From: an uncultured virus (IMG/VR IMGVR_UViG_3300048930_000871)
Taxonomy: Duplodnaviria > Heunggongvirae > Uroviricota > Caudoviricetes
IMG/VR virus record: IMGVR_UViG_3300048930_000871
DNA: 64,000 bases
Strand: one strand, 5' to 3'
The first letter of the stretch is position 1, and every line of letters starts with the position of its first letter. The notes below the pieces were generated by a model that was not told the origin of the DNA, searched no databases, and worked only from the letters and a program-made list of their open reading frames with translations. This document shows, one piece after another, positions 29,354-38,730 of the stretch. Position numbers and translations under genes: made by a program.

Positions 29354-29791
29354 ATGACCAATCGCTTCATCTTGGCGGCCGCGGTCGCCCTCCTGGCCCT
29401 CCCCGCCTACGCGGCGGAAATCGGGGTTGGCGTCGGCTCGCTCCAGACGGGTGCCGGTGCGGCCGGCGTGACCGGTGCGCAGTCGTCCTCGCAGGGGGGC
29501 TCCGTCACGGCCCTCGCCGGCATCTCGGCGGGCGGCGTTCGTTCGGGCCAGACCTCGCAGACCCAGGGCCTCGCCGGCGGTCAGGCTTCCTGTGTGAGCG
29601 GTCCGAGCTGCACGTCCATCGGCGAGTACTCCGGCACGTCGTCCACGACGGGCGGTGTGGTCCATGGCGGCTTCTCGCTCGGCGGCGCGGCCGGAGTGCA
29701 GTCCGGTCAGGCGCAGGGCGTCGCGGGCGGCATCGGTGCGGGTCAGGCGGGCACGAACTACTCGTTCGGCAGCATCTTCGCCAACCCGTGA
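29354..29791 (+). CDS. secreted Gly/Ser/Gln-rich protein
   Basis: Signal peptide MTNRFILAAAVALLALPAYA; internally repeated GG..AL/SL.G..G.V.SGQ segments; one Cys pair. Confidence 0.7.
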   Translation: MTNRFILAAAVALLALPAYAAEIGVGVGSLQTGAGAAGVTGAQSSSQGGSVTALAGISAGGVRSGQTSQTQGLAGGQASCVSGPSCTSIGEYSGTSSTTGGVVHGGFSLGGAAGVQSGQAQGVAGGIGAGQAGTNYSFGSIFANP

Positions 29792-29935
29792 TCTGACGAG
29801 GGCGGGCGTCCGCAAGTCGCCCGCCTAGAGATCCGGCCCCTCAACGGGTAGCGATCCGTCCCGTTCCGGATAAGTCCTGGTGGCCCCAACTGAGGGGACG
29901 GGTCATCAGGCATCTTCTTTCAAGGGAAAACCGCT

Positions 29936-30667
29936 ATGCAGAAAACCATCTTTCATGCGAGCGTGTATCTGGGTGTAGCGCTCGGCCTCATGGCCGCGAT
30001 CGTCAGCCCAGCAAGCGCGCAGGTCAGCGCCACCGGAACCGGGCAGGCGGCGGCGGGAGCCGATGCATCTGCCGGGGCGGCGAGCCGGTCCGGGGCGAGC
30101 GTCACCCAGAACTACTACCAGTCTGGTGAGTCACGTACCGTCGTGGACTACACCGGCGGCACGAACAACCGCACGACCGTTCAGGGGGGAACCCAGGACA
30201 CCTATCGAGCGACGATTCGTAACACGCCGGATGTCTACGCCCCGAATGTGAGCGGCGGCACCAATTCGTGTCTCGTAGGCATCAGCGGTGGTGGCTCCGT
30301 CGCCGGCTTCGGTATCGGGCTCGGCGGAAATTGGTCCGATCCGGATTGCGAGCGTCGTCAGCTCGCGGCCCTGCTCTACAACACGGGTCAGCAGAACGTG
30401 GCGCAAGAAGTTCTGTGCGCTTCCAGGGAAGTCCGCGAAGCCCGCCAGCGGATGGGCCAGCCCTGTCGTGCTGATCAGACTCAACAGATTGCGCAGCAGC
30501 CGGTGATGGTCGCCAACACGACCGCCGGCCCTGTCCAAGTCATCGGTGGCGGAGCTGTCCCCCAGCCCACCGCCTCCGTGAACACCGTGCCGGACTGGTG
30601 CCTGACGGCCTCCCCCCAGGAGCGTAGGCGCTATTCCCAGTGCGCGGGTCCGACAATCGTGCGATAA
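29936..30667 (+). CDS. secreted Cys-containing protein
   Basis: Signal peptide ending PASA-Q; SCLVG...GFGIGLGG...DPDCERR...VLC domain. Confidence 0.75.
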   Translation: MQKTIFHASVYLGVALGLMAAIVSPASAQVSATGTGQAAAGADASAGAASRSGASVTQNYYQSGESRTVVDYTGGTNNRTTVQGGTQDTYRATIRNTPDVYAPNVSGGTNSCLVGISGGGSVAGFGIGLGGNWSDPDCERRQLAALLYNTGQQNVAQEVLCASREVREARQRMGQPCRADQTQQIAQQPVMVANTTAGPVQVIGGGAVPQPTASVNTVPDWCLTASPQERRRYSQCAGPTIVR

Positions 30668-30750
30668 TCCCCGAACCCCCAATCGCCGATCGTCTGTCGC
30701 AACTCGGGCGGGGCCGCAAGGTTCCGCCCATTTTTCTAGGATCAGCAGCC

Positions 30751-30930
30751 ATGCGCCGCGTCACCTACAAGGTCACCGTAGACGTACCTGACAGCCTGAC
30801 GAATACGGAAATGGCCGAGTACATCAAAGACGAAGTTGACAGCGGCGGGGGGAATCGTGAACCCCTGGATCCGCTATTCCTGAAGAAGAACACCGTCGTT
30901 AAGATTCACAACGTGAAGGGATCCAAGTGA
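30751..30930 (+). CDS. hypothetical protein
   Basis: ATG 30751; GTGA overlap. Confidence 0.5.
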   Translation: MRRVTYKVTVDVPDSLTNTEMAEYIKDEVDSGGGNREPLDPLFLKKNTVVKIHNVKGSK

Positions 30931-31118
30931 TGGAGACGGTGGATCCACATCTTCTTCGGCTCATGCAGCTCGAAAAAGAAACTGACGAATACTTGGCGGA
31001 AATGAAGAGGTGGGACCAAAGACACCGCCGGACACTCCGCCACAGCATCTGGCTTCTTTGGGCGGCTACGATATTCAATGTCGTGGCAGGGGTTTTCAAT
31101 CTGCTGGGTGTTTTCTGA
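30927..31118 (+). CDS. small membrane protein
   Basis: C-terminal hydrophobic helix. Confidence 0.55.
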   Translation: MMETVDPHLLRLMQLEKETDEYLAEMKRWDQRHRRTLRHSIWLLWAATIFNVVAGVFNLLGVF

Positions 31119-31292
31119 TGCCCTGCCCTCGCTGCAACAGTCATCGCCTGTGGGATGATAATCTTGCATGGGGATGCTGCGATTGCGAATTCTTTACTAC
31201 CGGCGAGATTCGCAATGTCGGCCACACCAGCCGGGATGTTTTTCACACACCAGGGCCGAAGCCCGGCACCTGGAACCCTGAAAGGAATCGAG

Positions 31293-31892
31293 ATGCAACG
31301 TCTACTGAAAGAAGCGTGGTGGGTGACGAAACTGGTGATCTGCCTGCTGGCGATGGCCTATCTGACATTGACGAAAGCGAAAGCTGACGAAACCCCCCGC
31401 GCTGGGCAGTTCTTCGTCAACGTATTCGCCGGGATGATGGTGTTCGACAGCACCGTCACTGTCGGCGGCATCAAGCTGATCGACCAGGGCGGCGACGCTA
31501 GCCAGGGGGGAATTCGTGCAGGCTGGATCAACGGTGGCGCCTTCCATCTAGGAGTAGAAGTGGAGGGCTTGCTGGCGAGCGGACGTTCCCGTGCGTACAT
31601 CCCGGCAGGCAATGCCACCGGCGGGGTCACGGACATCTACAGCCGGGACGTCAGCGGGGGATATGGAATCTACGGCCGCATCGGTTGGCGCACACGAGGG
31701 AACAGCATCATGTTCCTGCGGCCGGGTATCCAGTATCTGAATACGAGCGCGGGTTGGGACACCGCCCCGGCGATCGGCGTTTCCGCTGAAGTCCCCATTG
31801 AACAAGACTGGGCCATGCGTCTCGATGCGACCTACGCCAAGGGTGACATCGAATACTACAACGGCACGATTGGCATCGTATTCCGCTTCTGA
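31293..31892 (+). CDS. outer-membrane beta-barrel protein (small, OmpA/Ail/Omp25-like)
   Basis: Signal peptide ending AKA, alternating amphipathic strands, C-terminal YNGTIGIVFRF. Confidence 0.75.
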   Translation: MQRLLKEAWWVTKLVICLLAMAYLTLTKAKADETPRAGQFFVNVFAGMMVFDSTVTVGGIKLIDQGGDASQGGIRAGWINGGAFHLGVEVEGLLASGRSRAYIPAGNATGGVTDIYSRDVSGGYGIYGRIGWRTRGNSIMFLRPGIQYLNTSAGWDTAPAIGVSAEVPIEQDWAMRLDATYAKGDIEYYNGTIGIVFRF

Positions 31893-31917
31893 AGCGCCAC
31901 GGGAAAATCGCTTAGGG

Positions 31918-31950
31918 AGCCCGGCTGGGAGCGGCCGGGCTTTCTTTTTT
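31918..31950 (+). terminator. rho-independent terminator ending the + arm
   Basis: AGCCCGGC-loop-GCCGGGCT followed by TTCTTTTTT. Confidence 0.85.
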
Positions 31951-32257
31951 GCCCAAAACCAGGGAGCATGCCTAGGCATATATCAACAGCCGCTAAGGCA
32001 TTCCCAGAGCCTTTTAGCCGCCGGCCAGTACTACCCTAGCGCCCTAGGGGCCAGGGGGGCTCCTACGCCCCTCTAAATAGGCTGCATTTTAGGTCGCCGC
32101 CACCAGGGCTTAGGCTCCCGGCGCGGGCAAGGGGCGGAGGATAACCCCCCGCCCCTTCAACGGCCCGGTCTGGTCGATTAGCTTCTAGAGCGTTGTCCTA
32201 GCTAGACCCATGGGGATGATGTCCGGTTTTCGGATATGACCAGCGCGGGCCGAAGTT

Positions 32258-32566
32258 CTACTTCTGCGAATCTTCGAACAGGCGCTGTCTGAGAAGATAT
32301 CCTTCCAGCTGCCACAGAGGCTTGAACGCATTGTCGAATGCGTACCGCTTCCCGACCTCGGCGTCGTAGTTCTCCGGGCTGGCCGGAGCAGACACGCCGG
32401 TGGACAGCCAGCCGTTCTCCATCGTGATGATGCAGATGGTGAGCTGATCCCGCAGGACGTAGGACACATTGCTGATTCGAGCCCGGATGGACTCTTCGGT
32501 CACACGCGGCGCGGTCTTGGTGGCGACGACAGCCTTGGCTTCATCCAGACTCAGTTCGGGTTCCAT
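32258..32566 (-). CDS. N4 gp49 / Sf6 gp66 family protein
   Basis: APRVT..LTIC...ENG...G.SA.ASPENYDAE.GK..A..NA...LW.LEGYLL. Confidence 0.8.
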   Translation of the reverse strand: MEPELSLDEAKAVVATKTAPRVTEESIRARISNVSYVLRDQLTICIITMENGWLSTGVSAPASPENYDAEVGKRYAFDNAFKPLWQLEGYLLRQRLFEDSQK

Positions 32567-32644
32567 GATATTCTCCTGGTGATGGGGGGCTAGAAGTTCT
32601 CGGCAGCGTTCCCCCCGCCCGCTGCCGAATTCAGAAACACGATG

Positions 32645-34627
32645 TTAGATCTGCGCCCAGGTCAGGGACATCGTGCGATGGTGGAATGCCTCGAGGTTCA
32701 CATCGAAGCTCGTGCTGTTCACGCTGGGCGGGGCTTCGTGCGTCAGCGTAAATGTCAGAACAACGGTGTGGTCTCCGGTGCCTCCGGTCACTTCCACGGC
32801 GGCTGCCCCGGACATACCCGCATCCGGAGTCTGCGCTTCACGCCAGATATCAACGAGATAGGAGGGTGAATCACCGTTGAAATACCGAGAGTACAGGAAG
32901 GTCATACGAGCCGTGTACCTGCGAGCTCGTGGCGTGGTGCTGTAGGATGCAGCCACGTCGATCTCGAATTCCAGTCGAGAGCCGGATCCTGAGATGGCTG
33001 CCGGAACCACCATGGTCACCTGGAACTTGGTTTCCGTGCCACTGGACAATCTGCCCGAGATAGGAATCGGGATATTGCCCGCGATAGGATCAGTTGAGCT
33101 GACCGACTTGGAACGGATTCTGCCGTTGAACTCGGCCCTGTGATAGTTATTCCAGTGACGCTCGGCGATGATGACGCCCCCCGGATTCGCCGCAGAGGTA
33201 GACCAGCGGAAAGGCACCGCATCATCGGAAGATCCGCCTCGTACGAAGATAATACGGGAGGGATCATTGAAGTCGTGTATGATGTGGGCCGCCCCGGTCA
33301 GGTGAAGATCATTCACCAGAATAACTGTGGGGGAGGAAGACCCGCCTTCAGCCCGGACAATCAGCTTGCCAGTGTTGTAGATCAAGTTGCCGGGTCCGAA
33401 CTGCTGGTTCGTTCCCACGGCGTTGCCGCTCTTCAGGACCACTGTCCCCTCGAAATTGCAGTTCATTACCTGCGACAGGCCGAACTTTCCGGCCTCGAGA
33501 TCCACGCCATTCGGATTCGAGACGGTGTTGCCCCAGAACTTGCACGCGCTCATCTGGACACCGACGGTGCTTGCCAGTATGAACCCGGTGCCGTTCGTTC
33601 GAACACGGCACCCTATGAAGTGCGCGTCGGCGACCAGCAGCGTGTTCGTGAACGCGGCCCCGACGTTGCTGATCCAGTCACAGTCGATCCAGGTCTGCCC
33701 CCCGATGGCGCCGGTTGTGACAGTACCGTTCTCGGTCTCTCCTGTCCAGTGCTGGCCGGATACCGTAGCGCCCGTGAATCGGCAATTCAGGAACTCCGCC
33801 TGGGCGGTCATGTGGATGCTGCAATGTTCTTTTATGCTGTTCGCATTGAACGTGATGTTGCGAACAGACAGCATCCAATCTGCCGAAGTGTCATTCGAGA
33901 CCCAGGCGTTGCTCGCCATCAGGTAGCGAACATCTCCGGCGTTGATTCCGAGAAGTGTGGCATCTCCGCTCGAGACAATGTTCAGCCGCTTGTCGGGAAG
34001 GACCCAATTCGACAGAGCGTAGGTTCGCCCGCTGGCGACTTCGATGGTTCCGGACACCGGCGCGTAGACTGTCGACTTGTCGAAGGCCGGCTTGTCGTCC
34101 GTTGCTCCGTCACGAACTGCCCCGAACATTTCGGGCTTGACGATATCCGTCTTCAGTTCGTACCAGTTTCCGGCAGTGTCCTGGAACCGGCCGTCGTGCG
34201 AAGGCTGGCTCACGACTCGAACATACGGAGCCTGACCGCCATCGCCTGGAACGGCGTAGGCGGCTGTCGATATGACAGCGCCGATGGGTAGCGCCAGCGC
34301 CGCCACCAGAGCCGCGGCTTGAGCAACGGTGCTGAAGACCAGACCAGCTCCTCGCGCGACGGCGAACCGCACTTGATCCATGAGAGTCATCCGGCGATTT
34401 TCATCATCTTGAAAGACCGGAAGGATTTCATCGCCAGTCAGGCTAGTCACAAGAGGGTAGTCGGGATTGGCGGGTCCGGGGTACTTCACCCAATTCCCGC
34501 TCTGCCGCATGTACGGATCCCCGTTGTTCGGGGCATCCACAAGACCCTGGCCTGGTCCGGCCAGGAACACGTTGACCACCGGAATGGGAAAGGCCGGCTC
34601 GACCTTCACCTGTATGACGTCGGACAT
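32645..34627 (-). CDS. tailspike / polysaccharide depolymerase (parallel beta-helix)
   Basis: PEMFGAVRDGATDDKPAF pectate-lyase-3-type start, F.NC.F / F.GC repeats, N-terminal foldon-like DAPNNGDPYMRQSGNWV. Confidence 0.8.
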   Translation of the reverse strand: MSDVIQVKVEPAFPIPVVNVFLAGPGQGLVDAPNNGDPYMRQSGNWVKYPGPANPDYPLVTSLTGDEILPVFQDDENRRMTLMDQVRFAVARGAGLVFSTVAQAAALVAALALPIGAVISTAAYAVPGDGGQAPYVRVVSQPSHDGRFQDTAGNWYELKTDIVKPEMFGAVRDGATDDKPAFDKSTVYAPVSGTIEVASGRTYALSNWVLPDKRLNIVSSGDATLLGINAGDVRYLMASNAWVSNDTSADWMLSVRNITFNANSIKEHCSIHMTAQAEFLNCRFTGATVSGQHWTGETENGTVTTGAIGGQTWIDCDWISNVGAAFTNTLLVADAHFIGCRVRTNGTGFILASTVGVQMSACKFWGNTVSNPNGVDLEAGKFGLSQVMNCNFEGTVVLKSGNAVGTNQQFGPGNLIYNTGKLIVRAEGGSSSPTVILVNDLHLTGAAHIIHDFNDPSRIIFVRGGSSDDAVPFRWSTSAANPGGVIIAERHWNNYHRAEFNGRIRSKSVSSTDPIAGNIPIPISGRLSSGTETKFQVTMVVPAAISGSGSRLEFEIDVAASYSTTPRARRYTARMTFLYSRYFNGDSPSYLVDIWREAQTPDAGMSGAAAVEVTGGTGDHTVVLTFTLTHEAPPSVNSTSFDVNLEAFHHRTMSLTWAQI

Positions 34628-34637
34628 GTCGGCCTCC

Positions 34638-34979
34638 TTACGGCTTGGATTCGGTTACATCAAGTACGAAGGTGACTGCCCCGGCCAGGACAGTCTGCAC
34701 ATCACCTCCGGGGTAGGTCAGCTGAAGATCCCATACCCCCCGCAGGGTGGACACGTCCGTATCCACCGGGCTCATGGCGAGATGAACCTGATTCGGCAGG
34801 ATGATCGTGCAGCCGATATCCTTGATGATTATGCCGCGTGGAGCGGTGCGAATTTCGGCCTTCGCCGTAACGCCTGTCAGATCTGCGGGCTCGGTCATAG
34901 CCTTGTCGAGCCACAGATCAACCTGCTGCCGGAAAGAATCCCGGCGGTAGATACGAAGGTCATGGTTTCCGGGCAGCAT
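34638..34979 (-). CDS. small virion/tailspike adaptor-like protein
   Basis: I.R.DSF..DLTG.TA.AEIR..GVWDLQLT..G.V..V.DVT pattern; directly precedes the tailspike. Confidence 0.55.
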   Translation of the reverse strand: MLPGNHDLRIYRRDSFRQQVDLWLDKAMTEPADLTGVTAKAEIRTAPRGIIIKDIGCTIILPNQVHLAMSPVDTDVSTLRGVWDLQLTYPGGDVQTVLAGAVTFVLDVTESKP

Positions 34980-34991
34980 GTCGATTATCCT

Positions 34992-35840
34992 TCAGGTCAG
35001 GGGCGGCCAGGGAAGTCCGAGGATGCCGTGGGTCACGGGGCCAGCGATACCGTCTTCCGTGATGCTGGCGGCCCTCTGCTGTTCCCTTACAGCCTGCATC
35101 GTCTGCGGGCCGTAGGCGCCGTCTGCGGGAAGACCCAGGCGAACCTGGAGCGTGCGAACAGCATCCCCCCGGCTGCCGAGCCGCAGAGGAGGCACGTAGG
35201 GGGGTGGTGCCCCGCCGCCGCGCGCATGCCGTTCGTACGAGCTCACGATTTTGGAGTCGTAGTGGTTCTCCCTGTAGGCTTCACCGTTGTAGGCGCGAGC
35301 CAGCCGGGCAGCCGCCTGAGGATCCGGCAGCTTGCGCATGTCGGGTTCGAGCTTCTTGGCCCGAATGAATCCGGCGAACGACCGCAGCTGACCGGCCATG
35401 CCCGAAACCTGGTCCTCCACCATTGACTGGACAGAGTCATAGCCGACCATCTGGTAGTTGAACCCCATGATCTGGAAGGCGCCCCACGAAGTCGCCTTTA
35501 GTGCGGCATCAACATCCAGAGCCATGGCATCGTTGAGGCGCTCATATTGATGTTCACCCGGACGACCATAGAGCGAACGATCCCATTTCTGGCTGGAGAG
35601 GAGAACGCCGTTCCTGTCCTTGGCCCCGGAGAACTTGCCCTTGGTCTCGCGATGAAAGACGTGGGCCTCGTAGAGAATCTTGGGTCTACCGTCCGGTAAG
35701 AACCCCTCTCCAGAAGCCTCCACTTCTGCGAATGCACGAACCGCAGCCTCCGGAACGTTGAGCCCTTCCGCGACTTGTTGAAAATCCGCATCGGTCAGTT
35801 CCCTGATTGCGGTGGTGTTGATGAACACGATTTCGTTCAC
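34992..35840 (-). CDS. endolysin: N-acetylmuramidase (DUF3380) + C-terminal peptidoglycan-binding domain
   Basis: VEASG.GF..GRPKILYEAHVF, SWGAFQIMGFNY, YNG; LRLGSRG..V..LQ..DG.YGP.T. Confidence 0.9.
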   Translation of the reverse strand: MNEIVFINTTAIRELTDADFQQVAEGLNVPEAAVRAFAEVEASGEGFLPDGRPKILYEAHVFHRETKGKFSGAKDRNGVLLSSQKWDRSLYGRPGEHQYERLNDAMALDVDAALKATSWGAFQIMGFNYQMVGYDSVQSMVEDQVSGMAGQLRSFAGFIRAKKLEPDMRKLPDPQAAARLARAYNGEAYRENHYDSKIVSSYERHARGGGAPPPYVPPLRLGSRGDAVRTLQVRLGLPADGAYGPQTMQAVREQQRAASITEDGIAGPVTHGILGLPWPPLT

Positions 35841-36289
35841 GTAACTTCTCCTTGTCTTTCCACTACACGAAGTAGCGGGGGTTTTGGAATCTTGAGCGGA
35901 ACAAAGTCTTCCGTTTTCGCAGCCCCTGAATTTATCAGGGCTTGTCTGGCATTATTCGCCGCATGGTACGCATCTCGCCAGTCACCATACTGTTCGTACA
36001 TCTTTATTCGCTGGAGTTCCACAAGCTGTTCTGTCTCACGCAGTCTAGCTCGAAACGCCTGGATGTCGACCCGAAGACTTTCTATCTCGTGTGCTTGTCT
36101 CTCCCACAGTTCTCGCTGATCTTCTCGAATAGACTTCTGCATCTGGTCATTCAGTGACGCGATGCGGGCATCCCGACCTCGGAAGTACGTGACTAGCATA
36201 ATGCCCATCGCAATGAACACTACCCCCCAAGGACCATAAGCCGCCAGCATGGCACTGGAGAATATCGTCCCTATAGTGCCAGCCTCCAT
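35837..36289 (-). CDS. putative holin / lysis membrane protein
   Basis: N-terminal TM segment plus coiled coil; GTGA overlap with the endolysin. Confidence 0.55.
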   Translation of the reverse strand: MEAGTIGTIFSSAMLAAYGPWGVVFIAMGIMLVTYFRGRDARIASLNDQMQKSIREDQRELWERQAHEIESLRVDIQAFRARLRETEQLVELQRIKMYEQYGDWRDAYHAANNARQALINSGAAKTEDFVPLKIPKPPLLRVVERQGEVT

Positions 36290-36291
36290 AC

Positions 36292-36777
36292 CTAGACATC
36301 CTTTCTAGTAGCGAGGCGGATGCTGTACTCCTCCTCCCACAAAACGTGCAGCGCAACGTAGACATTACCTATCGAGCAAGCCAGATAGATTGCTGCGGTA
36401 GGATTCCAGGGGGTGGCGATTAGCGAACCGCAGGTCATCGAACCCCAAAGACAAGCCAGTAGGCCGGCGGTCAGCCAACGGATCCATTTTCCGCAGTGCT
36501 TCATTCGCTCTCCCGAATGACTGGTTAGGGCCATGCCGCTCTGTAAAGTTCCACCTAGAAGACCAGCCCACTGCCAGAAAGCCTCAGGCTGGACAGAAGA
36601 AAGAACCAGCAAAGATCCGAACGGCGGGCCGCCCTTCCAGTCCAACCACTGCAGAAAAAAGAACATGGCAGTAGCCACCCCGAATAGAACCTCGAATATC
36701 CAAGGTTCTCTCCTGAATATCCAGCGAAAAGTGCGATAGGCTCGCTTGACTGGTGTCGGCATCCACATGGCTCCCAT
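36292..36777 (-). CDS. multi-pass membrane protein (holin candidate)
   Basis: About four hydrophobic segments; in the lysis cassette. Confidence 0.55.
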   Translation of the reverse strand: MGAMWMPTPVKRAYRTFRWIFRREPWIFEVLFGVATAMFFFLQWLDWKGGPPFGSLLVLSSVQPEAFWQWAGLLGGTLQSGMALTSHSGERMKHCGKWIRWLTAGLLACLWGSMTCGSLIATPWNPTAAIYLACSIGNVYVALHVLWEEEYSIRLATRKDV

Positions 36778-36798
36778 CCCTGTATTGTTGACACATAG

Positions 36799-37062
36799 TC
36801 ACCTATCTAGCCCAGAGACAACACGGGACGCACATGACCGAAGAGCGTACATGAACTCTTCGTGCCTATTCTCGGCATTTACTCGCAACGCCCAGAAAAA
36901 CATTCCATTCAGCACCACGATCATCGCCAGGAGAGCCAGCATGTTAGCATCAAGTCGCGTGACTGTATGTTTCACCGCCTCCAGCACACCCGCCTTCATA
37001 GCCGGATCCTCCACATCTCTGGGTGCGGGGGGTTTCGGCGTGATGACGGGTGCCTCGCTCAT
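36799..37062 (-). CDS. small membrane protein
   Basis: One TM segment; ATGA overlap with the tail fibre. Confidence 0.55.
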   Translation of the reverse strand: MSEAPVITPKPPAPRDVEDPAMKAGVLEAVKHTVTRLDANMLALLAMIVVLNGMFFWALRVNAENRHEEFMYALRSCASRVVSGLDR

Positions 37063-38729
37063 GTTCCCCCCTCCAGCTCAGCCACGCGGGCGGTCAATTG
37101 CTGAACAGCGCGAACCAGCCACGGAATCAACACACCGGGATCTGCCGACAGCATTCCTCCCTCCAGCTCAGCCACTGGCCGGGAGACGACTGCCTCGGGG
37201 AAGACTTCCTGTAGCTGCTGTGCGACGAAGCCCGCGCGGGTGTGACTGTCCGACTGAGGAGCGAATTCCAGCTCTCTGTTCCAGTTGAAGGATACGACGT
37301 TGACCTGGTTTATCAGGGACAGCGCGTCTTCTGATATTGGCGTGATGTCTTTCTTAATCCGCTCGTCGGACGGCGAGACCCACTGAACCTGATAGCTGTC
37401 CCCAGAACGAACAATGACACCGCTATTCTGTATCTCGAAGTAGCGGTCGCCGTTCGACGTGTTGAGTCGGAACCCATACCACTGACCGGAGATGTGGCAC
37501 ATCTGCATCGAAGGCGTAAAGCCGCCGAGATTGTTGTGCTGAAGACATCCGGTGACGTAGTTTCCGTCATAGGCGAAATTCGTGAACGACAGACCGGAAC
37601 CGGCACCAGTGACCACAAGGCTCTCGCTATTCACCGAGCTGCCAAATCCCCCGGAACCGGCCACGGACAGATTACCGGAGAATCCAGCGTTGGTGGCGTT
37701 GATGTTTCCGGTCGAGGTGAGCTGAAATCCGCGAATTTCCCCTGGGGATTCCACATCGCCCGAGAAGGTGGCCTTCTTGTTACTACCAAGGTAGAGTACC
37801 TGCGAAGCAGTGCCGCCGACATAGGTGTTGAAGGACAGATATCCGTTGTTGGTCGCGCCTTCCTTGCCGCCCTGAATGGACGACCGGGTGGCGTTGCTGC
37901 CCGTAGCGAATTCCTGAACGAACAGCGCGTTATCGCCGGAATTTGCGTTTAGGAAGGTCACACCGACTTCGTAGGTGGTTGCCGCATTGCTGCGAACTGT
38001 CAGGGTTGCAGACCCTACCGCCAACCCGTTGAGCCCGATCTGCTTCGTGCTGCGCTTGATGTGCAGCATATTGGACAGTAGCGACCCGGCATCATCGTAT
38101 GACTGCAGATAGAAATCGCTTCCCGCATTTCCGCTGGATTCGGCACCGGAAACATTGAACTGATAGCGATTCGTACCGCCGCTCTGGAACCGGATAAGCG
38201 AAGATCCGGCCGCCCCGGAAGAACGATTCAGCGCGAAATTGGGGGAACCAGCGGTGACACTCAGAGCGGGCGAGGTTATCGCTACCTCGGACGCCGAGAC
38301 TGACATGCGAAGTGCCCCGGCCGTGGCGAGTCCCAGCTGATCCGCGGCCGCCCTGTAGATTCCCGTATTCGAGTCGCCATTGAAGGCGACACCGGGGGCA
38401 GCCGCGGTCCCATATGCGGCCAGGATAGGGCCAGTCAGCGAACCTCCGGTCAGGCTGAGGTTGCCGGCGACCGAGTATGTTCCGGCAGTCCGATTCAGCG
38501 TACCCATGGTACGGAAAGTCGTACCGTCATAGATCTTCATGACGTGCAGGGAGGGGGATCCCCCCTCGCCGCTCGTATCCACCCAGGGCTGACCCAATTC
38601 CGGGCTGGGTGGAGCCGCTGCGCCCGCGTGGTTGGTGTATAGGGCGGCTAGCGCGTTGTTAAACTTCGTCGCCAGCGTGATGCCATCGTCGACGGCGGCG
38701 TTGAGAGTCGGGCGGGCTGCCTGCGTCAT
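37059..38729 (-). CDS. tail fibre with C-terminal intramolecular chaperone (peptidase S74)
   Basis: GTAAAPGVAF.GD.NTGIY fibre motif; SDERIKKDI, GFVAQQLQEVFPEAV, terminal coiled coil. Confidence 0.9.
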   Translation of the reverse strand: MTQAARPTLNAAVDDGITLATKFNNALAALYTNHAGAAAPPSPELGQPWVDTSGEGGSPSLHVMKIYDGTTFRTMGTLNRTAGTYSVAGNLSLTGGSLTGPILAAYGTAAAPGVAFNGDSNTGIYRAAADQLGLATAGALRMSVSASEVAITSPALSVTAGSPNFALNRSSGAAGSSLIRFQSGGTNRYQFNVSGAESSGNAGSDFYLQSYDDAGSLLSNMLHIKRSTKQIGLNGLAVGSATLTVRSNAATTYEVGVTFLNANSGDNALFVQEFATGSNATRSSIQGGKEGATNNGYLSFNTYVGGTASQVLYLGSNKKATFSGDVESPGEIRGFQLTSTGNINATNAGFSGNLSVAGSGGFGSSVNSESLVVTGAGSGLSFTNFAYDGNYVTGCLQHNNLGGFTPSMQMCHISGQWYGFRLNTSNGDRYFEIQNSGVIVRSGDSYQVQWVSPSDERIKKDITPISEDALSLINQVNVVSFNWNRELEFAPQSDSHTRAGFVAQQLQEVFPEAVVSRPVAELEGGMLSADPGVLIPWLVRAVQQLTARVAELEGGT

Positions 38730-38730
38730 G

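Noticed and set aside
29801..29901. Hammerhead ribozyme
   Set aside because: The CUGAnGA and GAAA core is missing.
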